Below are positions 35,746 to 47,858 of a DNA stretch of 64,000 nucleotides, one piece after another; the stretch's first letter is position 1; each line of letters begins with the position of its first letter. The position numbers and the translations under genes are program-made. Where the stretch lies: NCBI RefSeq assembly GCF_988242995.1, contig NZ_OZ547043.1; one strand, written 5' to 3'. A model generated the notes under the pieces. The model had not been told where the DNA came from and searched no databases. It saw only the letters and a list, made by a program, of their open reading frames with translations.

Positions 35746-35932
35746 TGATGAAAAATAGTGTCGCTGAGCACTAAAATTTAATGTAAATGGTGTGTTAAAT
35801 CGATTGTGAATAACCAGCGCTTCCGGCAGGATACGGTCGCCCTGGTAAAACATAAACTCTGCTACCCCGTTCCGGTGGCAGATATAACGGCAAGTTTCGA
35901 CATTGCCGATAATAATTTTTTGGAGACTTTAG

Positions 35933-37441
<1,509 letters not shown>

Positions 37442-37485
37442 GGGAAGGCGTTTTACCGAAAATCCCACGTCATAATCAGAAGCAG

Positions 37486-37521
37486 GCAGAGGGCAATCAG
37501 TGATTGCCCTCTGCGTTTTTT
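37486..37521 (+). terminator. rho-independent terminator after putP
   Basis: gcagagggcaatcagtgattgccctctgc stem followed by tttttt. Confidence 0.7.
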
Positions 37522-37660
37522 CTCAAAATATTTTTACATTTTCTCATCATTATCACTACATTCCGCTTGTATTTTTCTTTGCCGTAATGATAATCGCTAT
37601 CACTGCGATTTACTTTTCTTTGCATAGATTGACTCAGAAAAACGTTTAAGGGTGGGTGGC

Positions 37661-38491
37661 ATGTTTGTTCCATTTCTCATTATGTTGCGCGAAGGACTTG
37701 AAGCCGCGCTGATTGTCAGTTTGATTGCCAGCTATCTTAAGCGTACCCAGCGAGGCCGATGGATTGGTGTGATGTGGATTGGCGTGTTGCTTGCCGCTGC
37801 GTTGTGCCTGGGCTTGGGTATCTTCATTAACGAAACCACCGGCGAATTTCCGCAAAAAGAACAGGAACTGTTTGAAGGTATCGTGGCGGTGATCGCCGTG
37901 GTGATCCTTACCTGGATGGTTTTCTGGATGCGCAAAGTGTCGCGCAACGTCAAAGTACAACTGGAGCAGGCAGTCGATAGCGCATTGCAGCGTGGAAATC
38001 ATCATGGCTGGGCGCTGGTGATGATGGTCTTTTTTGCCGTTGCAAGGGAGGGGCTGGAGTCGGTCTTTTTCCTGCTGGCGGCGTTTCAACAAGATGTCGG
38101 GATTTGGCCGCCGCTGGGTGCAATGCTCGGTCTTGCTACAGCCGTGGTGCTTGGCTTCCTGCTCTACTGGGGCGGTATTCGCCTCAATCTTGGTGCATTT
38201 TTTAAATGGACCAGTCTGTTTATTCTCTTCGTCGCCGCTGGGCTGGCAGCTGGTGCCATTCGCGCATTTCATGAAGCCGGATTGTGGAACCACTTTCAGG
38301 AAATCGCCTTCGATATGAGCGCGGTGCTCTCAACTCACTCGCTGTTTGGCACGCTGATGGAAGGGATTTTTGGCTATCAGGAAGCGCCAAGTGTCAGCGA
38401 AGTCGCCGTCTGGTTTATTTATCTCATCCCAGCGCTGGTGGCATTTGCGCTGCCGCCACGTGCAGGGGCGACAGCGTCTCGCTCCGCGTAA
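37661..38491 (+). CDS. efeU: ferrous iron permease EfeU (intact)
   Basis: 276 aa uninterrupted ORF from ATG 37661 (MFVPFLIMLREGLEA) with REGLE motifs. Confidence 0.85.
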   Translation: MFVPFLIMLREGLEAALIVSLIASYLKRTQRGRWIGVMWIGVLLAAALCLGLGIFINETTGEFPQKEQELFEGIVAVIAVVILTWMVFWMRKVSRNVKVQLEQAVDSALQRGNHHGWALVMMVFFAVAREGLESVFFLLAAFQQDVGIWPPLGAMLGLATAVVLGFLLYWGGIRLNLGAFFKWTSLFILFVAAGLAAGAIRAFHEAGLWNHFQEIAFDMSAVLSTHSLFGTLMEGIFGYQEAPSVSEVAVWFIYLIPALVAFALPPRAGATASRSA

Positions 38492-38548
38492 CAAATACGA
38501 CGCAAACTCTTGCTTAGTTACAACATACTTTAAAGGGATAGTCTCGTC

Positions 38549-39676
38549 ATGACCATTAACTTCCGCCGTAACGCATTGCAGTTGAGCGTGGCTGCGCTGT
38601 TCTCTTCTGCTTTTATGGCTAACGCCGCCGATATTCCGCAAGTCAAAGTCACCGTGACGGATAAGCAGTGCGAACCGATGACCATTACGGTTAACGCCGG
38701 GAAAACACAGTTCATTATTCAGAACCACAGCCAGAAGGCGCTGGAGTGGGAGATCCTCAAAGGCGTGATGGTGGTGGAAGAGCGAGAAAATATCGCCCCT
38801 GGCTTTAGCCAGAAAATGACGGCGAATTTACAGCCTGGCGAATACGATATGACCTGCGGTCTGCTGACTAACCCGAAAGGGAAGTTGATCGTTAAAGGTG
38901 AAGCAACGGCGGATGCGGCGCAAAGCGATGCGCTGTTAAGTCTTGGTGGTGCAATTACTGCATATAAAGCGTATGTCATGGCGGAAACCACGCAGCTGGT
39001 GACCGACACCAAAGCCTTTACCGACGCTATTAAAGCAGGCGATATCGAAAAAGCAAAAGCACTGTATGCGCCGACGCGCCAGCACTATGAGCGCATTGAA
39101 CCGATTGCTGAACTGTTCTCCGATCTGGATGGTAGCATTGACGCCCGTGAAGATGATTACGAGCAAAAAGCCGCCGATCCAAAATTCACCGGTTTCCACC
39201 GTCTGGAAAAAGCATTGTTTGGCGATAACACCACCAAAGGGATGGATAAGTATGCCGACCAGCTTTATACCGATGTGGTCGATTTGCAAAAACGCATCAG
39301 TGAACTGGCTTTCCCTCCGTCAAAAGTGGTCGGCGGTGCAGCCGGACTGATTGAGGAAGTGGCAGCCAGCAAAATCAGCGGTGAAGAAGATCGCTACAGC
39401 CACACCGATCTGTGGGATTTCCAGGCTAACGTTGAAGGCTCGCAGAAAATTGTCGATCTGCTGCGTCCACAACTGCAAAAGGCCAACCCGGAACTGCTGG
39501 CAAAAGTCGATGCCAATTTCAAAAAGGTCGATACCATTCTGGCGAAATACCGTACTAAAGACGGTTTTGAAACCTACGACAAATTGACCGATGCTGACCG
39601 TAATGCGCTGAAAGGGCCGATTACTGCGCTGGCGGAAGATCTGGCGCAACTTCGCGGTGTGCTGGGGCTGGATTAA
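38549..39676 (+). CDS. efeO: periplasmic iron-uptake protein EfeO
   Basis: 375 aa ORF with signal peptide. Confidence 0.93.
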   Translation: MTINFRRNALQLSVAALFSSAFMANAADIPQVKVTVTDKQCEPMTITVNAGKTQFIIQNHSQKALEWEILKGVMVVEERENIAPGFSQKMTANLQPGEYDMTCGLLTNPKGKLIVKGEATADAAQSDALLSLGGAITAYKAYVMAETTQLVTDTKAFTDAIKAGDIEKAKALYAPTRQHYERIEPIAELFSDLDGSIDAREDDYEQKAADPKFTGFHRLEKALFGDNTTKGMDKYADQLYTDVVDLQKRISELAFPPSKVVGGAAGLIEEVAASKISGEEDRYSHTDLWDFQANVEGSQKIVDLLRPQLQKANPELLAKVDANFKKVDTILAKYRTKDGFETYDKLTDADRNALKGPITALAEDLAQLRGVLGLD

Positions 39677-39681
39677 GCGTT

Positions 39682-40953
39682 ATGCAGTATGAAGATGAAA
39701 ACGGCGTGAATGAACCGTCACGCCGACGTTTACTGAAAGGGATTGGTGCGCTGGCGCTGGCGGGAAGTTGTCCGGTCGCTCATGCACAAAAAACGCAAAG
39801 TGCACCGGGTACGCTTTCACCGGATGCACGCAATGAGAAACAGCTGTTTTATGGTGAGCATCAGGCAGGGATCCTGACGCCACAACAGGCCGCAATGATG
39901 CTGGTGGCGTTTGATGTGCTTGCCAGCGATAAAGCCGATCTTGAGCGGTTGTTTCGCTTGTTGACTCAGCGTTTTGCTTTTCTGACTCAGGGCGGAGCAG
40001 CACCAGAAACGCCAAATCCGCGCCTGCCACCACTCGATTCCGGCATTCTTGGCGGCTACATTGCGCCCGATAATCTCACCATCACATTATCGGTGGGCCA
40101 CTCATTGTTTGATGAGCGCTTTGGCCTTGCGTCGCAGATGCCGAAAAAGTTGCAGAAGATGACGCGTTTCCCCAACGACTCGCTTGATGCAGCATTATGT
40201 CATGGTGATGTGTTGCTACAAATTTGCGCCAACACCCAGGATACGGTGATCCATGCGCTGCGCGATATCATCAAACACACGCCGGATTTGCTCAGTGTGC
40301 GCTGGAAGCGGGAAGGGTTTATTTCCGATCACGCGGCGCGTAGTAAAGGCAAAGAGACGCCGATTAATTTGCTGGGTTTCAAAGACGGCACTGCCAATCC
40401 CGATAGCCAGAATGATAAGTTGATGCAAAAAGTGGTGTGGGTGACGGCAGATCAGCAGGAGCCTGCGTGGACAATCGGCGGCAGCTACCAGGCGGTGCGG
40501 TTGATTCAGTTTCGGGTGGAATTTTGGGACAGAACGCCGCTGAAAGAACAGCAGACGATATTTGGGCGTGATAAGCAAACCGGCGCGCCGCTGGGAATGC
40601 AGCATGAGCATGATGTTCCCGATTACGCCAGCGATCCGGAAGGGAAGGTGATTGCGCTGGACAGCCATATCCGGCTGGCGAATCCCCGCACGCCAGAGAG
40701 TGAGTCAAGTCTGATGCTGCGTCGTGGCTACAGTTATTCGTTGGGCGTCACCAACTCCGGACAACTGGATATGGGGCTACTGTTTGTCTGCTATCAACAC
40801 GATCTGGAAAAAGGCTTCCTGACAGTACAAAAAAGGCTCAATGGCGAAGCGCTGGAGGAATACGTTAAACCTATCGGCGGCGGTTATTTTTTTTCGCTGC
40901 CGGGAGTGAAGGACGCGAACGATTATCTCGGAAGCGCGTTATTACAGGTTTGA
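39682..40953 (+). CDS. efeB: Tat-exported DyP-type heme peroxidase EfeB
   Basis: 423 aa, twin-arginine signal [10 protein letters not shown]. Confidence 0.93.
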   Translation: MQYEDENGVNEPSRRRLLKGIGALALAGSCPVAHAQKTQSAPGTLSPDARNEKQLFYGEHQAGILTPQQAAMMLVAFDVLASDKADLERLFRLLTQRFAFLTQGGAAPETPNPRLPPLDSGILGGYIAPDNLTITLSVGHSLFDERFGLASQMPKKLQKMTRFPNDSLDAALCHGDVLLQICANTQDTVIHALRDIIKHTPDLLSVRWKREGFISDHAARSKGKETPINLLGFKDGTANPDSQNDKLMQKVVWVTADQQEPAWTIGGSYQAVRLIQFRVEFWDRTPLKEQQTIFGRDKQTGAPLGMQHEHDVPDYASDPEGKVIALDSHIRLANPRTPESESSLMLRRGYSYSLGVTNSGQLDMGLLFVCYQHDLEKGFLTVQKRLNGEALEEYVKPIGGGYFFSLPGVKDANDYLGSALLQV

Positions 40954-40959
40954 ACGACG

Positions 40960-41060
40960 CAAATATGCCCGATGCGCAGGTTTATCGGGCATGAGTTTTG
41001 TGCACAAATTATTAATCACTTGTAGGTCGGGTAAGGCGTTCACGCCGCATCCGGCAAGTT
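40960..41060. repeat. REP-type palindromic elements
   Basis: gcccgatgcgcaggtttatcgggc and tgtaggtcgggtaaggcgttcacgccgcatccggcaag after efeB. Confidence 0.5.
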
Positions 41061-41275
41061 TTTACCAGTACTGCGAATCCTGCTGAAAGCACACAGCTTT
41101 TTTCATCACTGTCATCACTCTGTCATCTTTCCAGCAGAAACTAATGTCACTGAAATGGGTGTTTATCGTTAAACACAAGTAAATATAATGTTGCAATGAA
41201 TGCGAGTTCTGTTGTAATTATTAAGTAGCAGCGGAAGTTCCCGGCAGTGATAGTCAGTCACTATGGAGATCGCGG

Positions 41276-42340
41276 ATGGTAACGTCCTGTACTGGACATG
41301 TTTTAGATAATCAGCGCGCCACCACTCGCGGAGATTTCTCCTCCGGTAGCAACTTCGTCACTTTGTATTTTCAACCTCATCCTTTCTTTTCATGTGTTAC
41401 CGACGCCGTAAACGGTGCGCGTAGCCGTTTTTCGGCATTTTATCCAAAAGCAAACTATGGCTTACAAGGAAGCCAACCCTCTGATGTTCGTGCGCATAAT
41501 CGCGCTGCCAACGGCGCGTGTGATGAATACAAACAACTCAAGGTGCTCTCCATGGGAAGACAAAAAGCAGTGATCAAAGCTCGTCGCGAGGCAAAACGTG
41601 TGCTGAGACGGGATTCGCGCAGCCATAAGCAGCGTGAAGAAGAATCGGTCACCTCGCTTGTGCAGATGAGCGGCGTAGAAGCCATTGGTATGGCCCGCGA
41701 CAGTCGCGATACCTCGCCCATCCTCGCGCGAAATGAAGCGCAATTGCACTATCTGAAGGCTATTGAGAGTAAGCAGCTGATATTCGCCACGGGCGAAGCC
41801 GGGTGCGGAAAAACCTGGATCAGCGCAGCAAAAGCGGCAGAGGCCCTGATACATAAGGATGTCGACAGGATTATCGTCACCCGTCCAGTTCTGCAAGCCG
41901 ATGAAGATCTTGGCTTCTTACCTGGAGATATCGCAGAAAAGTTTGCTCCCTATTTTCGTCCGGTCTACGACGTGCTGGTCCGGCGCTTAGGGGCTTCCTT
42001 TATGCAGTACTGCCTGCGACCGGAAATAGGGAAGGTGGAAATTGCGCCGTTCGCCTATATGCGTGGACGTACCTTTGAAAATGCAGTCGTCATTCTTGAC
42101 GAGGCGCAGAATGTGACTGCCGCGCAAATGAAAATGTTTTTAACCCGCCTCGGGGAGAACGTGACGGTTATCGTCAACGGTGATATCACGCAATGCGATT
42201 TGCCTCGCGGCGTGCGCTCCGGATTAAGTGACGCGCTGGAACGTTTCGAAGAAGATGAAATGGTCGGGATCGTCCGATTCGGTAAAGAGGATTGCGTACG
42301 TTCGGCACTTTGCCAACGTACGCTACATGCATACAGTTAA
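41276..42340 (+). CDS. phoH: phosphate-starvation-inducible ATPase PhoH
   Basis: 354 aa, Walker A GEAGCGKT; translation may start at a downstream Met. Confidence 0.9.
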   Translation: MVTSCTGHVLDNQRATTRGDFSSGSNFVTLYFQPHPFFSCVTDAVNGARSRFSAFYPKANYGLQGSQPSDVRAHNRAANGACDEYKQLKVLSMGRQKAVIKARREAKRVLRRDSRSHKQREEESVTSLVQMSGVEAIGMARDSRDTSPILARNEAQLHYLKAIESKQLIFATGEAGCGKTWISAAKAAEALIHKDVDRIIVTRPVLQADEDLGFLPGDIAEKFAPYFRPVYDVLVRRLGASFMQYCLRPEIGKVEIAPFAYMRGRTFENAVVILDEAQNVTAAQMKMFLTRLGENVTVIVNGDITQCDLPRGVRSGLSDALERFEEDEMVGIVRFGKEDCVRSALCQRTLHAYS

Positions 42341-42357
42341 GTGTATTATCGGTACAG

Positions 42358-42388
42358 AGCCCGGGCGAACCGGGCTTTGTTTTATTTC
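42358..42388 (+). terminator. rho-independent terminator after phoH
   Basis: agcccgggcgaaccgggct stem followed by T-rich run. Confidence 0.7.
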
Positions 42389-42902
42389 ATTAACAGCAAA
42401 GACTTTCACTTCAGGTTAACGTTCAGGGGGGCGACTTTGAGCGTGTTGATAAGCTGAAATGAATTCTGGTTTAGATACTCTTACCAGGCATTTTTCGTCA
42501 TAGCACCCGACCAGTGTAATGCCGCCAGCGCGGAGAGTTTTTTGCCTATCTTTTTCCAGCCATTCAACCTGTACAGGAGGTCTGGTGCCAATTTTGCGTA
42601 TGAGGTTTAATCAGCAATGGGCCATAATTTGACTGACTGATTAACACCGAATATATTCTCCTGATTTTATTTTTTAGGGATAATATTAAAAATATAAGGT
42701 TAATCTTAATTAATTCTTCAGCTAATATTGTGTGTTGTTATTTTTTGTGGACGGCAAGCCGCAATGGCAAAATAGGTATGGTTGTAATAATCAAAACATG
42801 ATACTAACTATATATAGATCGTTGAATTGTTGGCATGTAACTCGCTACAGCGAGTAGCGTTAGTAATGAAATATAATCAACATGGATAGGTGAAGATTAA
42901 TT

Positions 42903-43589
42903 ATGAGCTTTATGGTTTTTGTAACTTGTTTGACAATTGCATTTGTCGCCGGTTTTGCTGTTGCCAGAAAATTGACACTCCGAAAAGTTGCCTCATCGGT
43001 AATCATCACTAGATCGCAACCAGTCCCTTCCTCTGCAACTTCCCCTGCGGCTAAGGCGTCGACAAGGAGCTATACACCGCAGAAAACCTATCGTGACTCT
43101 CGTTGGCAAGAACGAGATGAGTTGTTCCAGGGAATGGTTGCCGAAGGTATTTTATTGGAAGGAAAAGAGTGGTTAATTACGCGTTGTGAAAAAATTTATT
43201 TTGATAATCTGGAGAAATGGTTTGGACATTATTGTCATATCCATTGCCAGGTCTCTCTGGGGCGCTTGATCAACTTTCCAGAACAACCCGAGTTTAGCGA
43301 AGAAGAAAGAAAGCGTTTCTTTGCAATTTATAATGGAATGGCAATGGATTATGTTCTGGTTTCAAAGAAGAACAATAAAATAGTCTGTGTTATTGAGCTG
43401 GATGATCCGAGTCATGAAAGGGCAGATCGCATTATTCGTGACCGTTGGTTGAATACGATTATGACTATTGCACGGGTGCCTTTTGTACGAGCTTCTGTCA
43501 CTAAATTGGATGAAATCCCTCCGGTCTGGGATACCCGTGACAAAATTCGCCCATTAGCCGCGGCGACAAAGGGTGAACCGTTGCATTAA
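42903..43589 (+). CDS. membrane-anchored protein with DUF2726 / restriction-endonuclease-like C-terminal domain (accessory)
   Basis: 228 aa; N-terminal hydrophobic helix (FMVFVTCLTIAFVAGFAV); C-terminal DYVLVSKKNNKIVCVIELDDPSH resembles DUF2726; AT-rich 5' region. Confidence 0.7.
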   Translation: MSFMVFVTCLTIAFVAGFAVARKLTLRKVASSVIITRSQPVPSSATSPAAKASTRSYTPQKTYRDSRWQERDELFQGMVAEGILLEGKEWLITRCEKIYFDNLEKWFGHYCHIHCQVSLGRLINFPEQPEFSEEERKRFFAIYNGMAMDYVLVSKKNNKIVCVIELDDPSHERADRIIRDRWLNTIMTIARVPFVRASVTKLDEIPPVWDTRDKIRPLAAATKGEPLH

Positions 43590-43595
43590 CTAAGT

Positions 43596-43674
43596 ACCCC
43601 GGTCGGGGCTCCTCATCCCCCCGGTGTGTGCAATATACGAAAAAAAAGCCCGTACTTTCGTACGAGCTCTTCTT
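43596..43674. repeat. left copy of serX 3'-flank repeat (part A), interrupted by IS200
   Basis: 79 bp nearly identical to 44488-44565. Confidence 0.8.
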
Positions 43675-44385
43675 GTGCACAGAAAACCCCCAGCTAGGCT
43701 GGGGGTTCCGGAAAGCTTTCAGCTTTGAGCCAGTTATTAAAACCCCTTTTGATTTGTTAAAACACCTTGCGGTCTGGCAACTGCAAGTGTCAAACAAGAA
43801 ATCAAAAGGGGGTCCCAATGGGGGACGAAAAGAGCTTAGCGCACACCCGCTGGAACTGTAAATATCACATAGTTTTTGCGCCGAAATACCGAAGACTGGC
43901 GTTTTACGGAGAGAAGCGTAGGGCGATAGGCAGTATTTTGAGAAAGCTGTGTGAGTGGAAAAGCGTACGGATTCTGGAAGCAGAGTGCTGCGCAGATCAT
44001 ATCCATATGCTTGTGGAAATCCCACCCAAAATGAGCGTATCCGGCTTTATGGGATATCTGAAAGGGAAAAGCAGTCTGATGCTTTACGAGCAGTTTGGGG
44101 ATTTGAAATTCAAATACAGAAACAGGGAGTTCTGGTGCCGAGGGTACTATGTCGATACGGTGGGTAAGAACACGGCGAAGATACAGGACTACATAAAGCA
44201 CCAGCTTGAAGAGGATAAAATGGGAGAGCAGTTATCGATTCCCTATCCGGGCAGCCCGTTTACGGGCCGTAAGTAACGAAGTTGGATGCAAATGTCAGAT
44301 CGTGTGCGCCTGTTAGGGCGCGGCTGGTAACAGAGCCTTACAGGCGCATTTGAAAAACCTCCGGCTATGCCGGAGGATATTTATT
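43675..44385 (+). mobile_element. IS200-family insertion sequence (~711 bp, approximate ends)
   Basis: Left hairpin cccccagctaggctggggg, RBS-sequestering stem ccccttttgattt/aaatcaaaaggggg, tnpA, right hairpin cctccggctatgccggagg. Confidence 0.85.
43818..44276 (+). CDS. tnpA: IS200 transposase TnpA (HUH Y1 transposase)
   Basis: 152 aa from ATG 43818 (MGDEKSLAHTRWNCKYHIVFAPKYRR); HiH motif in ADHIHMLV, catalytic Tyr region GYYVDTVG. Confidence 0.9.
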   Translation: MGDEKSLAHTRWNCKYHIVFAPKYRRLAFYGEKRRAIGSILRKLCEWKSVRILEAECCADHIHMLVEIPPKMSVSGFMGYLKGKSSLMLYEQFGDLKFKYRNREFWCRGYYVDTVGKNTAKIQDYIKHQLEEDKMGEQLSIPYPGSPFTGRK

Positions 44386-44410
44386 TAAATATGGCGGTGA
44401 GGGGGGGATT
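44386..44410. repeat. left copy of serX 3' end repeat (part B): duplicate of last 19 nt of serX plus junction
   Basis: tttaaatatggcggtgagggggggatt vs tttaaagatggcggtgagggggggatt at 44564-44590. Confidence 0.8.
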
Positions 44411-44487
44411 GACTCGCTTCGCTCGCCCTGCGGGCAGCCCGCTCACTGCGTTCACGGTCTGTCCAACTGGCTGTCGCCAGTTGTCGA

Positions 44488-44590
44488 ACCCCGGTCGGGG
44501 CTTCTCATCCCCCGGTGTGTGCAATATACGAAAAAAAAGCCCGTACCTTCGTACGAGCTCTTCTTTAAAGATGGCGGTGAGGGGGGGATT
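44488..44590. repeat. right copy of ~104 bp direct repeat (serX 3' flank plus tRNA 3' end)
   Basis: Direct repeat of 43596-43674 + 44386-44410 with ~5 mismatches. Confidence 0.8.
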
Positions 44591-44659
44591 CGAACCCCCG
44601 ATACGTTGCCGTATACACACTTTCCAGGCGTGCTCCTTCAGCCACTCGGACACCTCACC
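44572..44659 (-). tRNA. serX: tRNA-Ser (anticodon GGA)
   Basis: 88 nt; minus strand reads GGTGAGGTGTCCGAGTGGCTGAAGGAGCACGCCTGGAAAGTGTG...GGGGGTTCGAATCCCCCCCTCACCGCCA with 7-bp acceptor stem, long variable arm, CCA encoded. Confidence 0.9.
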
Positions 44660-44853
44660 AAATTGTTGTTCCTGTCTTGCTGGAACGGGCGCTAATTTAG
44701 GGAAATCATGACCTGAGGTCAACAAACTTTTTTAAAAAATCGCGTGTTTATTCAAACTTCAATCAATATGCAGTTTTAATAAGCGAAATCTGCTTTTTTT
44801 GCCACCGACCACGGATTTGTTATGCTGGTGGCTTTTGTAGATCATAACGATAA

Positions 44854-45831
<978 letters not shown>

Positions 45832-45885
45832 TAAAGCATCTGGTTTCCTGCTATCCTTGGCGGGAATTGAATACAGGAGAGAGTT

Positions 45886-46623
45886 ATGTATCCCGTCGAC
45901 CTTCATATGCATACCGTTGCCAGCACGCATGCATATAGCACATTGAGTGATTACATTGCCCAGGCCAAACAAAAGGGCATTAAACTTTTTGCTATCACCG
46001 ATCATGGCCCGGATATGGAAGATGCGCCTCATCACTGGCACTTCATTAACATGCGTATCTGGCCGCGAGTGGTTGATGGGGTAGGGATCCTGCGCGGCAT
46101 CGAAGCTAACATTAAAAATGTTGATGGTGAAATTGATTGCAGCGGCAAAATGTTTGATTCGCTGGATCTGATTATTGCCGGTTTTCATGAGCCGGTTTTT
46201 GCGCCACATGACAAAGCGACCAATACGCAAGCGATGATCGCCACTATCGCCAGCGGCAATGTGCATATAATAAGCCATCCCGGAAATCCGAAATATGAAA
46301 TAGATGTTAAAGCCGTTGCTGAAGCAGCCGCGAAACATCAGGTGGCGCTGGAAATCAATAATTCCTCTTTTTTACACTCACGTAAGGGAAGTGAAGACAA
46401 TTGTCGTGCGGTAGCCGCAGCGGTACGTGACGCTGGAGGTTGGGTGGCATTAGGCTCGGATTCTCACACCGCGTTTACCATGGGTGAATTTGAAGAGTGT
46501 CTTAAAATCCTCGACGCGGTAGATTTTCCGCCAGAACGCATTTTGAATGTTTCTCCGCGCCGCTTACTGAACTTCCTTGAATCTCGCGGTATGGCACCGA
46601 TTGCGGAATTTGCAGACCTTTAA
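45886..46623 (+). CDS. ycdX: PHP-family zinc phosphatase YcdX
   Basis: 245 aa, HxH metal motif (DLHMHT). Confidence 0.93.
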
Positions 46624-46646
46624 TTACTAGTAATGGAAATATATTA

Positions 46647-47201
46647 ATGAACGAGTTTTCTATCCTCTGTCGTGTGCTGGGTTCGCTCTATTACCGCCAA
46701 CCACAAGATCCTTTACTGGTGCCGCTGTTTACCCTGATTCGTGAGGGGAAACTGGCTGCGAACTGGCCACTGGAGCAGGATGAGTTGCTGACACGTTTGC
46801 AGAAAAGCTGTGATATGACGCAAGTCTCTGCCGATTACAATGCGTTGTTTATCGGCGATGAATGTGCTGTGCCGCCATATCGTAGCGCATGGGTTGAGGG
46901 CGCGACGGAAGCGGAAGTGCGCGCTTTTCTTTCCGAACGGGGGATGCCATTAGCGGATACGCCAGCCGATCACATCGGCACATTGCTGCTCGCGGCTTCC
47001 TGGCTGGAAGATCAGTCAACGGAAGATGAGAGCGAAGCACTGGAAACACTGTTCAGTGAGTATCTGTTACCCTGGTGTGGTGCGTTCCTCGGCAAAGTGG
47101 AGGCTCATGCAACCACGCCTTTCTGGCGCACCATGGCACCGCTAACCCGCGATGCCATTAGTGCAATGTGGGACGAGCTGGAAGAAGATTCTGAAGAGTA
47201 A
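46647..47201 (+). CDS. ycdY: TorD-family chaperone YcdY
   Basis: 184 aa ORF after ycdX. Confidence 0.9.
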   Translation: MNEFSILCRVLGSLYYRQPQDPLLVPLFTLIREGKLAANWPLEQDELLTRLQKSCDMTQVSADYNALFIGDECAVPPYRSAWVEGATEAEVRAFLSERGMPLADTPADHIGTLLLAASWLEDQSTEDESEALETLFSEYLLPWCGAFLGKVEAHATTPFWRTMAPLTRDAISAMWDELEEDSEE

Positions 47202-47302
47202 ATGTGATCTGCATCACTCATAACTGCAACAGATAATTTGCCGTTGCATAAAATGTGTGCTCGATCTCATTCATGGCCGCGTTTTCTGCTATCATGCGCG
47301 GC

Positions 47303-47794
47303 ATGAACATACTTCTCTCTATTGCAATCACAACAGGCATTCTCTCCGGTATCTGGGGATGGGTGGCTGTTTCCCTGGGCTTACTAAGCTGGGCGGGCTT
47401 CCTGGGCTGTACGGCCTACTTTGCCTGCCCGCAAGGTGGGCTGAAAGGGCTGGCGATCTCCGCTGCAACCCTGCTTAGTGGCGTGGTGTGGGCGATGGTC
47501 ATTATTTACGGTAGTGCATTGGCACCACATCTGGAAATTCTCGGTTATGTCATAACCGGTATTGTCGCGTTTCTGATGTGTATTCAGGCCAAACAGCTGC
47601 TGCTTTCATTTGTTCCGGGAACGTTTATAGGCGCATGCGCGACGTTTGCCGGGCAGGGTGACTGGAAACTGGTGTTACCTTCGCTGGCGCTCGGGTTGAT
47701 ATTTGGTTACGCAATGAAAAACAGCGGCCTGTGGCTGGCGGCGCGTAGTACGAAGATCGCTCACCGTGAGCAGCAAATCAAAAATAAAGCGTGA
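47303..47794 (+). CDS. ycdZ: inner membrane protein YcdZ
   Basis: 163 aa from ATG 47303 (MNILLSIAITTG). Confidence 0.85.
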   Translation: MNILLSIAITTGILSGIWGWVAVSLGLLSWAGFLGCTAYFACPQGGLKGLAISAATLLSGVVWAMVIIYGSALAPHLEILGYVITGIVAFLMCIQAKQLLLSFVPGTFIGACATFAGQGDWKLVLPSLALGLIFGYAMKNSGLWLAARSTKIAHREQQIKNKA

Positions 47795-47823
47795 GGGGCA
47801 CTCACGCTTTCGCTTAAACAGTA

Positions 47824-47853
47824 AAATGCCGGATTATTAATTCCGGCATTTTT
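47824..47853. terminator. bidirectional terminator between ycdZ and csgG
   Basis: aatgccggattattaattccggcatt stem flanked by A/T runs. Confidence 0.6.
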
Positions 47854-47858
47854 ATCTA

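Noticed and set aside
44367-44711. 114 aa ORF spanning the serX region
   Set aside because: Runs through the tRNA gene and the att-like repeats; the repeated MAVRGG segments are just the tRNA 3' end translated.
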